In this document: piece after piece, positions 23,194 to 32,665 of the stretch
How positions within the stretch are numbered: position 1 is the first letter of the stretch
How the letters are laid out: each line of letters starts with the position of its first letter
Assembly (NCBI GenBank): GCA_014874475.1
Contig: JADBJJ010000022.1
Location: 44,573-108,572 of the forward strand
Direction: 5' to 3'
Length of the DNA stretch: 64,000 nt
From: Chloroflexota bacterium
GTDB taxonomy: Bacteria; Chloroflexota; Anaerolineae; B4-G1; DUEL01
Translations under genes and position numbers: made by a program
The notes under the pieces: generated by a model
What the model was told of the DNA's origin: nothing
Database searches by the model: none
What the model saw: the letters and a program-made list of their open reading frames with translations, nothing else

Positions 23194-24603
23194 GTGCGCA
23201 CCAAAATGGTCTGTACCTTAGGGCCGGTCTCGCGGGACCCCGAGGTCATCCGGGGGCTCCTGCGAGCCGGGATGACCGTCGCCCGCATCAACTTCTCCCA
23301 CGGCGACCTGGAGACCCATGCCCGCACCATCGCCACCGCGCGGCAGGTGGCCCAGGAGGAGGGCCGCCTGCTGGCTATTATGGCCGACCTCCAGGGCCCG
23401 AAACTGCGGCTGGGGGAACTGCCCGCCGACGGCGTCGTCCTGCGGGCGGGGGAGGAAATCATCCTCTCCCCGGCACCCTTCGCCCCAGGCCGCCTGCCCG
23501 TGCCCCATCCAGAGGTCCTGGCTGACCTGCGGGAAGGCCAGCGAATTCTCTTAGACGATGGCCAACTGGAACTGCGGGTGGAGCAGGCCGATGGCGGAAC
23601 CGTCCGCTGCCGGGTCGTCTTCGGTGGACGGCTGACTTCCCATAAGGGCCTGAATCTTCCCGGCGCTTCGCTGCGTATCTCCGCGCTCACCGAAAAGGAC
23701 CGCCGGGATGCCCGCTTCGCGGTGGAGCAGGGTGTGGACCTGATCGCGCTCTCTTTCATCCGTTCCGCGCAGGACGTGCTGGAACTGCGAGGACTGCTAC
23801 GGGAACGGGGCGCGGCCGATCTGCCCATCGTCGCCAAGATAGAGAAGGTAGAGGCAATGGAGGCATTTGACGAGATTCTGGAGGTCACCGATGCGGTGAT
23901 GGTGGCGCGCGGCGACCTGGGGGTGGAGACTTCGGCCGAAGAGGTGCCGTTCTACCAGAAGTGTATCATCCGGGCCTGCAACCGGGTCGGTAAGCCCGTC
24001 ATCACCGCCACCCAGATGCTCCAGACGATGATAGAAAACCCCACTCCCACCCGCGCCGAGGCGTCCGACGTGGCGAACGCTGTCCTGGACGGCACCGACG
24101 CGGTGATGCTCTCCGGCGAGACGGCGATCGGAGCCTATCCGGTAGAGGCGGCACGGACGATGGCCCGTATCTGTGCCGGCGCCGAGGCCCACCTTTCCCC
24201 TGAGCGCCTTCTACATGAACTGGAATGTCCGAAAGGGTCGGTCACCGGGGCCATCAGCCGGGCGACGGTGGAGATCGCCGCCGAGGTGGGCGCGCAGGCC
24301 ATTCTTACCGCCACTATGTCCGGCACCACGGCCCGCATGGTCGCTCGCTACCGCCCCTCAGTGCCGATCATCGCTGCCACTCCCAACCTCCGCACCCAGA
24401 TGCGGCTGGCGCTGGTCTGGGGAGTGACGCCGATGCTGGTCCCGACGTTCACCAACACCGACGAGATGGTCGTCTTGATGATCCAGGCCGCCCTCCAGAC
24501 CGGCCTGGTCCAGAACGGGGACCGGGTGGTGCTGACCGCCGGCGTCCCCTTCGGCGGTGAAGGCCGCACCAATATGCTGCAGGTCCGCGTTGTGGGAGAA
24601 TAA
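23194..24603 (+). CDS. pyk: Pyruvate kinase
   Basis: RTKMVCTLGP, RINFSHG, DLQGPK, MVARGDLG, ATQML and MLSGETA motifs. Confidence 0.98.
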   Translation: MRTKMVCTLGPVSRDPEVIRGLLRAGMTVARINFSHGDLETHARTIATARQVAQEEGRLLAIMADLQGPKLRLGELPADGVVLRAGEEIILSPAPFAPGRLPVPHPEVLADLREGQRILLDDGQLELRVEQADGGTVRCRVVFGGRLTSHKGLNLPGASLRISALTEKDRRDARFAVEQGVDLIALSFIRSAQDVLELRGLLRERGAADLPIVAKIEKVEAMEAFDEILEVTDAVMVARGDLGVETSAEEVPFYQKCIIRACNRVGKPVITATQMLQTMIENPTPTRAEASDVANAVLDGTDAVMLSGETAIGAYPVEAARTMARICAGAEAHLSPERLLHELECPKGSVTGAISRATVEIAAEVGAQAILTATMSGTTARMVARYRPSVPIIAATPNLRTQMRLALVWGVTPMLVPTFTNTDEMVVLMIQAALQTGLVQNGDRVVLTAGVPFGGEGRTNMLQVRVVGE

Positions 24604-24608
24604 ACTGA

Positions 24609-24640
24609 CGGGCCAGGCATTTTCAACAGTGCCTGGCCCG
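24609..24640. other. Intergenic hairpin between pyk and the translin gene
   Basis: CGGGCCAGGCA / TGCCTGGCCCG 11-bp stem with no U tract. Confidence 0.55.
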
Positions 24641-24654
24641 TTCGGAGAAATGAA

Positions 24655-25281
24655 ATGGAGCGACTGGAAGCCATCGGCGAGGAGATCCGGGCCGACCTCT
24701 CCGCCCGGGACGCGGCGCGGGACGAGGCCCTCCGCCGCTCCCGCGAACTGGTCCGCCTCTGCGCTACCGCCATCCGCGCCGCCCATCGGGAAGAGTGGGA
24801 TGCCGCCAGGGAGTTGCTGGTTCAGGCCAGCGATGTCGCCGCCGGGATGGTGGAGGCGGTGGCCGCGTACCCGGACCTCCTCTACGCCGGCTACGTCCAG
24901 GATAGCCTGAAGGAACTGACGGAGGCCCATCTGGTACTGGCGATGGTAACCGGCGCGCCACTCCCTGAGCCTGCCGCGCTGAGGGTTTCCTCTGCGGTCT
25001 ACCTCAACGGTCTCTGCGAGGCCGCCTCCGAACTGCGGCGGCGGTGCCTGGACCTGTTGCGGCGGGACCGGCTGCCGGAGGCGGAGCGGTTGCTTTCGGT
25101 GATGGAGGCTGTCTACGACCTGCTGATGACCTACGACTTTCCCGATGGGGTGACCGGCGGCCTGCGCCACCGGGTGGACCAGTTGCGGGGGGTGCTGGAG
25201 CGGACTCGCGGGGACGTGACTCAGGCTCTCCTGCAGGGCCGATTGCTGGCTGCCCTGCAACGGGGGATGGAACACGGGTAG
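24655..25281 (+). CDS. Translin/TRAX-family (archaeal C3PO-like) protein
   Basis: All-helical; AR..AL..SRE.VR....AI...H, QD..KE..E, YLNGL.E..SELRR and GLR.RVD..R..LE motifs. Confidence 0.85.
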   Translation: MERLEAIGEEIRADLSARDAARDEALRRSRELVRLCATAIRAAHREEWDAARELLVQASDVAAGMVEAVAAYPDLLYAGYVQDSLKELTEAHLVLAMVTGAPLPEPAALRVSSAVYLNGLCEAASELRRRCLDLLRRDRLPEAERLLSVMEAVYDLLMTYDFPDGVTGGLRHRVDQLRGVLERTRGDVTQALLQGRLLAALQRGMEHG

Positions 25282-25405
25282 ACACGGATGAGCGCCGATG
25301 AACAGGGAAAATTCTACCGTGAAGGGCGTCTTTGTCCTTTAGGGTTTTTCGGATGACCTCTAAAGTCTGTGGAAATCCGTGTTGCCCGCATTCCTCCGGG
25401 GCCTT

Positions 25406-25660
25406 ATGACGATGGAAGAGATCACCGACCGGATGATTCGGGCCAGTGAGATCGGGCAGTATCTGTTCTGCGCCCGCGCCTGGTGGCTGGGCTCGGTGGA
25501 GGGGGTGCCTTCTGCCCACCGAGAGGAGATGGAGGCCGGGCAGAACCTCCACCGGCGGCACGGACGAGGGGTGCGCGCGGCGGTCATCCTTTTCCGCCTG
25601 GCCTGGGCGCTGCTGGCGCTGGCCCTTTTCGTGGGCATCCTGGCCCTCCTGGGCCGCTGA
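25406..25660 (+). CDS. N-terminal part of a Cas4-like nuclease with a C-terminal TM helix
   Basis: IRASEIGQYLFCARAWW (first Fe-S Cys), G...H motif, then a hydrophobic run of more than 20 residues. Confidence 0.75.
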   Translation: MTMEEITDRMIRASEIGQYLFCARAWWLGSVEGVPSAHREEMEAGQNLHRRHGRGVRAAVILFRLAWALLALALFVGILALLGR

Positions 25661-25675
25661 CCGGAACGGTTTTTC

Positions 25676-26185
25676 GTGACTGCGCTGATTCTTCTCCTGT
25701 TTCTGGTCGGCCTGGCTCTGCTCTGGCTAGCGCGGCGGCTGCGTACCCGCTCTGGCTTGCCCTCCGGGCGAGTGGTCGCCGCCGATGTGGGGACATGGCG
25801 GCGGCTGGACCGGCCCCTCTTCTCCCGTCGTTACGGAGTGACTGGCCGCCCGGACTACATCGTGGCTGACGGCGCAGACCTGATCCCCGTGGAGGTCAAA
25901 TCCGCCCGCGCGCCAGCCCGCCCCTACACCTCTCATATCCTCCAATTGGCCGCCTACTGCCTCCTGATCGCTGAGACCTCCGGCCGACGCCCTCCTTACG
26001 GCATCCTCCGTTACGCCGACCGTACACTCCAGATCCCGTACACGCGGGAACTGGAGGAGCAACTGCTGGATGTTTTGGAGGAGATGCGGAGGGACCTGGC
26101 CGCCGGGAATGCGTCGCGCCGTCATCAGGACCCGCGCCGCTGCGCCGCTTGCGGGTACCGGGATGTCTGCGACGAGGCTTTGTGA
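25676..26185 (+). CDS. Cas4-like PD-(D/E)xK nuclease, C-terminal part, with an N-terminal TM helix
   Basis: TM start; GRPDY, PVEVKS, QLAAYC and C-x2-C-x5-C motifs. Confidence 0.85.
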   Translation: MTALILLLFLVGLALLWLARRLRTRSGLPSGRVVAADVGTWRRLDRPLFSRRYGVTGRPDYIVADGADLIPVEVKSARAPARPYTSHILQLAAYCLLIAETSGRRPPYGILRYADRTLQIPYTRELEEQLLDVLEEMRRDLAAGNASRRHQDPRRCAACGYRDVCDEAL

Positions 26186-26215
26186 CGCAGAACAACGGCA
26201 AGCCCTCGTCCTGCG

Positions 26216-27061
26216 TCAGAGGGATCGCCACCAGGCAACGATGCGGGGACCGATGGGCCGGAAGCCGAACCGCTTGTAGAGGCGCTGCGAGGTGATGTTG
26301 TCCTCTTGGGTGTTCAGGGTCACTTCTTTCGTTCCCCGCTCCCACAATTGCGAAAGCACCGCCCTCAGCAGGAAACTGCCCACTCCCTGCCGCTGGAACG
26401 GCGGAGCCACGGCCAGGCGACCAATGTGGGCGCCGTGGTCGGCGGGGCGGGCCTCTATGTAGCCGATGAGGAGACCGTCCCGTTCCGCCACCAGGAAACA
26501 GAGGGCTTCCTGCCGGATGCGCTCCAGTGTGGCCGCGCTGAACCACCACGGCGGCGGGAAGGCATCGTGGTCCAGGCGCGCCAGAGCGGGGCTGTCTTCC
26601 GCCCTGGCTGGGCGGACGGTACAGGGCACGCTCGGCGGCATCGGAGGCAGGGAGCGGTTGTCCTTCAACAGGGTGACCAGGCGAGTGAGGGGAGCGAACC
26701 CCCGGGCGCGCAGGGCCTCACCCATCCAGCCACCCACATCGGTCCAGGCCAGGGCACAAGCACCCAGCGCGCGCAGGGGGGGTTCCAGCGGGGGGAGGGT
26801 CGCATCCAGCCAGAGGCCTGCCGGGATTTCGGGGGCCAGTACGCCGAGGCGAACCCAGGCCACCGGGCTATCGTCGGGCAGGGCCAGCAGCGCGCCGACC
26901 GGGTGGCCGTCGGTCAGAGTCAGCAGGAATGTCTCCGCGCCCAGGTAGTTTTCCCACCCCCAGGAGCGGACGCACGGGCGGGCACTCCGGGCCAGCAGCC
27001 GCCGGATGATGGCCTCATCGGCCGGGACGGCAGGGCGAACTTCCAGATGGCCGCGGACCAT
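26216..27061 (-). CDS. GNAT family N-acetyltransferase
   Basis: LAVAPPFQRQGVG and LNTQEDN...LYKRFGF motifs. Confidence 0.9.
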   Translation of the reverse strand: MVRGHLEVRPAVPADEAIIRRLLARSARPCVRSWGWENYLGAETFLLTLTDGHPVGALLALPDDSPVAWVRLGVLAPEIPAGLWLDATLPPLEPPLRALGACALAWTDVGGWMGEALRARGFAPLTRLVTLLKDNRSLPPMPPSVPCTVRPARAEDSPALARLDHDAFPPPWWFSAATLERIRQEALCFLVAERDGLLIGYIEARPADHGAHIGRLAVAPPFQRQGVGSFLLRAVLSQLWERGTKEVTLNTQEDNITSQRLYKRFGFRPIGPRIVAWWRSL

Positions 27062-27131
27062 AGACTACGAACTCCAGAGAAGGTTGAGTTTTGCGGCAGC
27101 GGCCGGAGAACACCGCCGCAAGATTCGCTCT

Positions 27132-28877
27132 TTATGTCCTGCGCCGGCGGTTCTCCGTCAGCATCCGCCAGACTTCCTGAATGCCGACTTTCGTCAATTC
27201 GCCCACGTTAAAGGGCAACCGCCCCACGGGGACATCCAGTTCCGTTTTGTCGCAGACGGTAGAGGTGTTGGCGCGGTCAATCTGCGGCTTCAGGCGCAGC
27301 ATCTCCTGCTCCACTTCTTCCGGCGAAGCGGTCGCCAGCAGGCGGTCTATGTGGGCCATCAGGGCAGTGGCTTGCCGGATGCGCTCTTCCGTCTCCGCCG
27401 CCTTCGCTGGGGAGATGATGCCGTAGCGGGCTTTCAGCGCGTTCAGCCGCCGACCCGCCTCGTAGGTGGTGGCGGCGATCGTATCCCGGTCCATCCAGAC
27501 CGTCTCGTAGGAGAGGATATGCTTCCAGGTGGGCGCCAGCAGAGCCCGCCGGTGGTCCTCCAGTGTCCGACAGAAGAGGCGGTAGCCGAACTGGTCTGGG
27601 TTCTCAAAGGCCGGGCTCCCAGGGTCCAGGAACGGGGCCAGGGGAGCGATGAAGGGGACCAGTCGCCGGTCGCCGTCCAGTTTCCTCAGCAGTTCGTCGC
27701 AGTAGTCCGCCGTCTCCAGGGCCGAGGCGGCGGTCTGTTTGGGCAGGCCAATCATAAAGAACAGGTCAAAGCGACGGCAGCCGACATCCAGGCAGTTGCG
27801 CACTGTCTCCTCAATCCCTTCGTTGCTGTAGCCCTTGCCCAGGGCCTGGCGGACGATCGGATCGTGGGAGTCGGGGGAGAATTCCACGATAAAGTCGGGC
27901 AGCGCCTCAGCCAGTTCTTCGGCATAGTCCCGGGGGACGGGCCAGAAGAACTCCAGCATAAAGGGGCCGGAGACGCCCCGGACGGCGCGCAGGAAACGGC
28001 GGGCGTAGTCCATTCCTGCCAGGCGGAGTTCGCCCAGAATGAAGATGGGGCCGCGGCTCAGCCGTCGGGCATCCCGCACGTCTTGGGCCAGTTCCTCCGG
28101 ATCCCGGAAGGCCGGGCGCTCCCGTCCGGACATACGGAGATGTCCTTCGGCACACCCTCCGCAGACGGAGCAGTGCTGGGTGCAACCGCGCACCGTCAGC
28201 GTGGCCATGATGGGGTAATCCAGCCAGTGGGCGAAGGGCGTGCAGGAGATCAGGTCCCGGTCCCGGATGACGGAGCGGACCATCTGCAGGAACCCCGGGC
28301 GGATGTGGCTCAGGTCAGTGGGGATGTAGGTCTGGGGGTTGATGTGAATCTGGCCCCGGGCGTCCTTCCAGGTCAGGTTGGGGACGTCGGTCGGCTCGCG
28401 GCGGTCGCGCAGACACTCCAGCAACATCCGCAGCGGCTCTTCGGTGGAATCGCCGCGCAGGACGTAATCCACCTGCGGGTAGTTGATGAGTTCTTCGTGG
28501 TAGTAGGTGGCGGAGAAGCCGCCGAAGATGATGGGGGTGCCGGGGTGATGCTTCCGGACGATGCGGGCAACCTCCAGCGCGCCCTGGGCATGGGGGAGCC
28601 AGTGCAGGTCTATGCCGAAGGCGCCGGATGGGTGGCGGGCGATGAACCGCTCCGCGTCAAAACGGTCGGAGCGGACCATCCGCACCGCGAGGTTGACGAT
28701 GCGGGTGCGGAAGCCGTGCCGCTCCAGATAGTCGCAGAGGGCGGCGAAGCCGATGGGGTACATGTCGTAGATGGGTGTGGATGGGACGACGTCGGAGATG
28801 GGGCCCCAGAGAGTGGCTCGCCGCCGGAAGTCGTAGAGACTGGGAGAGTGAAGGAAGGTGAGATCGGGTATGCTCAT
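27132..28877 (-). CDS. B12-binding radical SAM protein (TIGR04190-like)
   Basis: N-terminal cobalamin-binding domain (GIDLHW, IIFGG, VLRGD) and RGCTQHCSVC. Confidence 0.88.
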   Translation of the reverse strand: MSIPDLTFLHSPSLYDFRRRATLWGPISDVVPSTPIYDMYPIGFAALCDYLERHGFRTRIVNLAVRMVRSDRFDAERFIARHPSGAFGIDLHWLPHAQGALEVARIVRKHHPGTPIIFGGFSATYYHEELINYPQVDYVLRGDSTEEPLRMLLECLRDRREPTDVPNLTWKDARGQIHINPQTYIPTDLSHIRPGFLQMVRSVIRDRDLISCTPFAHWLDYPIMATLTVRGCTQHCSVCGGCAEGHLRMSGRERPAFRDPEELAQDVRDARRLSRGPIFILGELRLAGMDYARRFLRAVRGVSGPFMLEFFWPVPRDYAEELAEALPDFIVEFSPDSHDPIVRQALGKGYSNEGIEETVRNCLDVGCRRFDLFFMIGLPKQTAASALETADYCDELLRKLDGDRRLVPFIAPLAPFLDPGSPAFENPDQFGYRLFCRTLEDHRRALLAPTWKHILSYETVWMDRDTIAATTYEAGRRLNALKARYGIISPAKAAETEERIRQATALMAHIDRLLATASPEEVEQEMLRLKPQIDRANTSTVCDKTELDVPVGRLPFNVGELTKVGIQEVWRMLTENRRRRT

Positions 28878-28925
28878 TGGGACTCCTGGGTTTGTGAAGA
28901 GTGAAACGTGAAGCGTGAGGTGCAG

Positions 28926-29258
28926 TTATCCCTCCGGGTGGGGGATGACGCAGATGAAGCGCAGGGGGCCGGGGCCGGTGTTGCGGTAGCCGTGGCGCTC
29001 GTTCGGGGGGATGTAGAGGGCCATGCCGGGCCGCATAGGGGCTTCACCTTCGGGCCCTTCGGCGATCCCCTCCCCCTCCAGTACAAAGATTTCGTGCTCG
29101 TAGGGGTGCTGGTGCGGGGCAAAGACGGCTCCAGGGGCGAATTCTATCACCCGCATAGCGAAGTTGGGCGCGCCCTGCGGCTTCCCAATCACCCAGCGGA
29201 TGGTGATACTTTCTCCAGCGGCTTCCGCCGGAACGTCGCGGTAATCACGGTAGAGCAT
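28926..29258 (-). CDS. Cupin domain protein
   Basis: PHQHPYEHEIFVLEG...IPPNERH motif; GGAGG RBS before ATG 29258. Confidence 0.9.
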   Translation of the reverse strand: MLYRDYRDVPAEAAGESITIRWVIGKPQGAPNFAMRVIEFAPGAVFAPHQHPYEHEIFVLEGEGIAEGPEGEAPMRPGMALYIPPNERHGYRNTGPGPLRFICVIPHPEG

Positions 29259-29391
29259 GGCTCCTCCTATATCAGCAGAATATGAGTCGTCCGAATGGGG
29301 TTGGTTCATTCCGAATGTCGCCGTAATTATACCAGAAGGGGGAATTTTTGGGGATTCGGCTGGGATCCAGGGGCAGGGAGTCCTTTAATTG

Positions 29392-29452
29392 TGGTCATTT
29401 ATTAAACAAAACCTGTTCAATACTTGACAACTCCCCTGGCGTGTGGTAAAAT
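29392..29452 (+). promoter_or_regulatory. carH promoter with a candidate CarH operator
   Basis: TTGACA, 17 bp, TAAAAT. T-n3-CA units at 29392, 29403, 29414 and 29424 (spacing 11, 11, 10) overlap the -35. Confidence 0.65.
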
Positions 29453-29469
29453 AGAGGGCGGAAGCAGCC

Positions 29470-30780
29470 ATGGCTGAAGAGAGAGTGCCGGTCTTCAATC
29501 TGAAGGCGGTGGTCCGGGAGACCAGGGTGGCGGCCTCTACGCTACGGGTATGGGAGCGCCGCTATGGACTCCCCCATCCCCAGCGCGCGCCATCTGGGCA
29601 CCGTCTTTACTCCCGGCGGGATATAGAGACGGTTCGGTGGCTATCCCAGCGCCTGTCCGAGGGGATGACCATCGGGCAGGCCGTCGCTCTCTGGCGTTCC
29701 CTGGAGGAGGCCGGGAAGGACCCGCTGTTAGAGTACATTCAAAGGCCGGGCGGGCGGCCCGTGGTGGAGCAGGAAGCACTGGGACACTGGCGGGATGCTT
29801 GGGTGGCTGCGTGCCTGGCTTTTGACGAGGCTGCTGCCGACGCGGCCTTTGGGCAGGCCCTGGCCGTATTGCCACCGGAGGTGGCCTGCACAGAAGTCCT
29901 GCGGGAAGGGCTGGCCTGGATCGGTGAGGCCTGGTATCGGGGCGAAGCGACGGTCTATCAGGAGCACTTTGCATCGCACCTGGCTGCGCGCCGGGTCCAG
30001 ACGCTCCTGATGGTGACCGCTCCACCATCTCGGCCCCATCCCGTCCTGATTGTCTGCCCGCCCGGAGAGCAACACGCCTTTGGGTCCCTGCTGCTGACGT
30101 ATCTGCTCCGGCGGGATGGCTGGAACGTCATCTATCTGGGGGCGGACCTGCCGGTGGAGGAGACGGTAGCCGCTGTGCGCCGGGCCGCTCCCCGCTGGGT
30201 CATCGCCAGTGCGTACCATCTGCCCCCCGTCGCCGGTATCCAGGCCCTGGGCCTGCTCCTGCGGGAGATGGAGGTCCCCCTGGCTTTCGGCGGGCGGGTC
30301 TTCAACCAGGTCCCGGCGCTCCGTTCCCGGATCACCGGCTACTTTCTGGGCGAGCGGATGGAGGAGACGCCGGCCCGGTTAGAGGAATGGGCCGCCTGGC
30401 CATTGTCAATCCCGCCCATCCCCACCATCCCCGAGGAGTATCACCGCGCCCAGACTCTCTATCTGGAGCAGGAATGGCCGATCCGGGCCCGCGTCCTATC
30501 CCTGCTATCCGTCCACCCCATCACCCGGAATCTCCCCGGCTGGTTGCCGGAGTACACCTTCTCCCACATTCGCTCCGCGCTGGCGCTGGGGGATATGGCG
30601 CTGGCAGACACCTATGTGGACTGGCTGTGGGGTCTGCGGGACGGTTTTTCTCTGCCGGAGGGGTGGGTGGCGCCGTTCCTGGAGGCGTACTGGAAGGGGA
30701 TAAAGCGGTATCTGGGCGAGGACGGTGCGCCGCTGTTGGAGTGGCTGGACCGACAGATGAATAATGACCGAGGGGCCTGA
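29470..30780 (+). CDS. carH: CarH/LitR-type MerR regulator with an adenosyl-B12 photosensor domain and a C-terminal extension
   Basis: TLRVWERRYG and GHRLYS; W-x9-EH (WYRGEATVYQEH); GEQH..G; YLG motif. Confidence 0.88.
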   Translation: MAEERVPVFNLKAVVRETRVAASTLRVWERRYGLPHPQRAPSGHRLYSRRDIETVRWLSQRLSEGMTIGQAVALWRSLEEAGKDPLLEYIQRPGGRPVVEQEALGHWRDAWVAACLAFDEAAADAAFGQALAVLPPEVACTEVLREGLAWIGEAWYRGEATVYQEHFASHLAARRVQTLLMVTAPPSRPHPVLIVCPPGEQHAFGSLLLTYLLRRDGWNVIYLGADLPVEETVAAVRRAAPRWVIASAYHLPPVAGIQALGLLLREMEVPLAFGGRVFNQVPALRSRITGYFLGERMEETPARLEEWAAWPLSIPPIPTIPEEYHRAQTLYLEQEWPIRARVLSLLSVHPITRNLPGWLPEYTFSHIRSALALGDMALADTYVDWLWGLRDGFSLPEGWVAPFLEAYWKGIKRYLGEDGAPLLEWLDRQMNNDRGA

Positions 30781-30849
30781 TGTCCCCTCGTCCTTCGCGC
30801 CCTCTGCGGCTGAGAGCAGAGGGGACAAGATTAAATGGATGGAGAGGTA

Positions 30850-31755
30850 ATGGAGCGGGTTGTCATTACGGGAGGTACCGGACTGATCGGTCGGGCGCTG
30901 GCGGCGGAACTGGCCGCCACCGGGTACGAAGTGGTGGTTTTGAGCCGGAACCCTCAGCGGGCTCGCAGTTTCCCGCTGGGAATCCGGTCTGAGCCGTGGG
31001 ACGGACGGACTGCCCGGAGTTGGGGGGAGTTGGCCGACGGCGCTTACGCCATTGTCAACCTGGCCGGAGAGAACCTGGCAGGAGGGCGGTGGACGGCGGA
31101 ACGCAAACACCGCATCCGCCAGAGCCGTCTGGACGCTGGGCAGGCGGTGGTGGAGGCTGTGCGCGCGGCGAAACAGAAGCCCGCCGTAGTTGTTCAGGCC
31201 TCCGGCATCGGCTACTACGGCCCGCACGGGGACGAGGGGGTGACCGAGGACTTCCCGCCCGGGGATGATTTCCTGGGACGGCTGGCGGTGGAATGGGAGG
31301 CCTCCACTGCGCCGCTGGAGAGCCTGGGTGTGCGTCGGGTGGTCATCCGGACCGGGGTGGTGTTGAGCTGGGAAGGTGGGGCACTCCCCCGGCTGGCGCT
31401 GCCCTCCCGGTTTTTCTTGGGCGGGCCGCTGGGCAGCGGTCGCCAGTGGGTTCCATGGATTCACATCGCCGACGAGGTTCGGGCTATCCGGTTCCTGCTG
31501 GAGAATGAAGAGGCCCGAGGACCCTACAACCTGGCAGCGCCAAACCCAGTCACCAACCGGGAGTTGGCCCGCGCCCTGGGGCGGGTCCTGCGCCGTCCGG
31601 CTTGGCTCCCCGTTCCCGCGCCGGCCCTGCGGCTGCTCCTGGGAGAAATGTCTACTGTCCTGTTAGCCGGCCAGAGAGCCGTACCGAAGCGGTTGCTGGA
31701 TGAGGGCTTCGGTTTCCAGTTCCCGGATCTGGGAATCGCCTTACAAAACCTTTAG
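30850..31755 (+). CDS. TIGR01777/YfcH-family NAD-dependent epimerase-like protein
   Basis: [26 protein letters not shown] and [11 protein letters not shown] motifs. Confidence 0.92.
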   Translation: MERVVITGGTGLIGRALAAELAATGYEVVVLSRNPQRARSFPLGIRSEPWDGRTARSWGELADGAYAIVNLAGENLAGGRWTAERKHRIRQSRLDAGQAVVEAVRAAKQKPAVVVQASGIGYYGPHGDEGVTEDFPPGDDFLGRLAVEWEASTAPLESLGVRRVVIRTGVVLSWEGGALPRLALPSRFFLGGPLGSGRQWVPWIHIADEVRAIRFLLENEEARGPYNLAAPNPVTNRELARALGRVLRRPAWLPVPAPALRLLLGEMSTVLLAGQRAVPKRLLDEGFGFQFPDLGIALQNL

Positions 31756-31767
31756 CGAGGTGAACAG

Positions 31768-32268
31768 ATGTCGGATGTAAAAGCCAATCTGGACCAGTTA
31801 CTCAACCTAATGATGGCTTCCGAAAAGGCGACAGAGCGTTTCTATATGGGCCTGGTGGAGATGTTTCTCCACGAGCCCGTGGCCGCCAGTGTCTGGTGGG
31901 ATATGGCGGCGGAAGAGGCCCTGCATGTTTGGCTGGTGGAGAAGGCGCAAGAAGCGCTGGAAGCCAGAGGCCTCCTGGATAGTCCCGTGGATCCGGCGAT
32001 CATGGAAGAGGCCCAGCGGATGACTCGGTTTGCGCCAGAACGTCTATGGGCCCGTATCCAGGACCTGGAGGACGCCTATCAAGCCGCTAACGAAGTGGAA
32101 GGGATGGAGTTTGATGCCCTTCTGGAGCCGATTATGCTGGATCACTTTCCCGGCGACATCCGGAACCGTCTGGCCCGCTCTCAGTTGAACCGCCACCAGG
32201 AACCGCTGGGGCGCCTGCGGACGACCGAATGGCGTCGCAGCATCCCGGCCCGAAGGCCAGAAAGGTAA
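31768..32268 (+). CDS. Ferritin/rubrerythrin-like helical protein
   Basis: E...RFY, EEALH, E and H spacing typical of ferritin-like folds. Confidence 0.6.
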   Translation: MSDVKANLDQLLNLMMASEKATERFYMGLVEMFLHEPVAASVWWDMAAEEALHVWLVEKAQEALEARGLLDSPVDPAIMEEAQRMTRFAPERLWARIQDLEDAYQAANEVEGMEFDALLEPIMLDHFPGDIRNRLARSQLNRHQEPLGRLRTTEWRRSIPARRPER

Positions 32269-32277
32269 AGATGCGCA

Positions 32278-32631
32278 ATGAGATGGATAGATGCTATAGA
32301 AGAGAATAGATTGCCCGAAGGAGGGCGGGAAGTGGTGGAAGTGGACGGCATCCCTGTGCTGCTCATTCGGCACAGGGGTGAAGTCTTCGCCGTGGCAGCC
32401 CGTTGCCCCCATATGGGCGCGCCGCTGAAAAGCGGCCGGATCACCGAAGATGGCTACCTGGTTTGCCCCTGGCACCGCAGTGCCTTCTCTCTGCGGACGG
32501 GCGACGTGGCGCAATGGACACCGTGGCCTCCGGGAGTGGGAAAGGTCTTAGGTGCCTTGCGTCGGGAACACGCCTTGCCTGTCTACCCCGTTCAGGTGGA
32601 TAAGGGGCGGATATGGATTGGTATGCCGTAG
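32278..32631 (+). CDS. Rieske [2Fe-2S] ferredoxin
   Basis: CPH...CPWH motifs. Confidence 0.93.
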   Translation: MRWIDAIEENRLPEGGREVVEVDGIPVLLIRHRGEVFAVAARCPHMGAPLKSGRITEDGYLVCPWHRSAFSLRTGDVAQWTPWPPGVGKVLGALRREHALPVYPVQVDKGRIWIGMP

Positions 32632-32665
32632 CCAGAAGGCCCGTTTTATCAGGGCAAGGTGAGCA

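Noticed and set aside
25658-25660. Selenocysteine codon at the in-frame TGA
   Set aside because: The position is a loop between TM helices rather than a Cys-equivalent site, and I see no convincing SECIS hairpin. General readthrough remains open.
25406-26185. CRISPR-Cas locus suggested by Cas4 motifs
   Set aside because: No array, cas1, cas2 or effector genes anywhere in the window.
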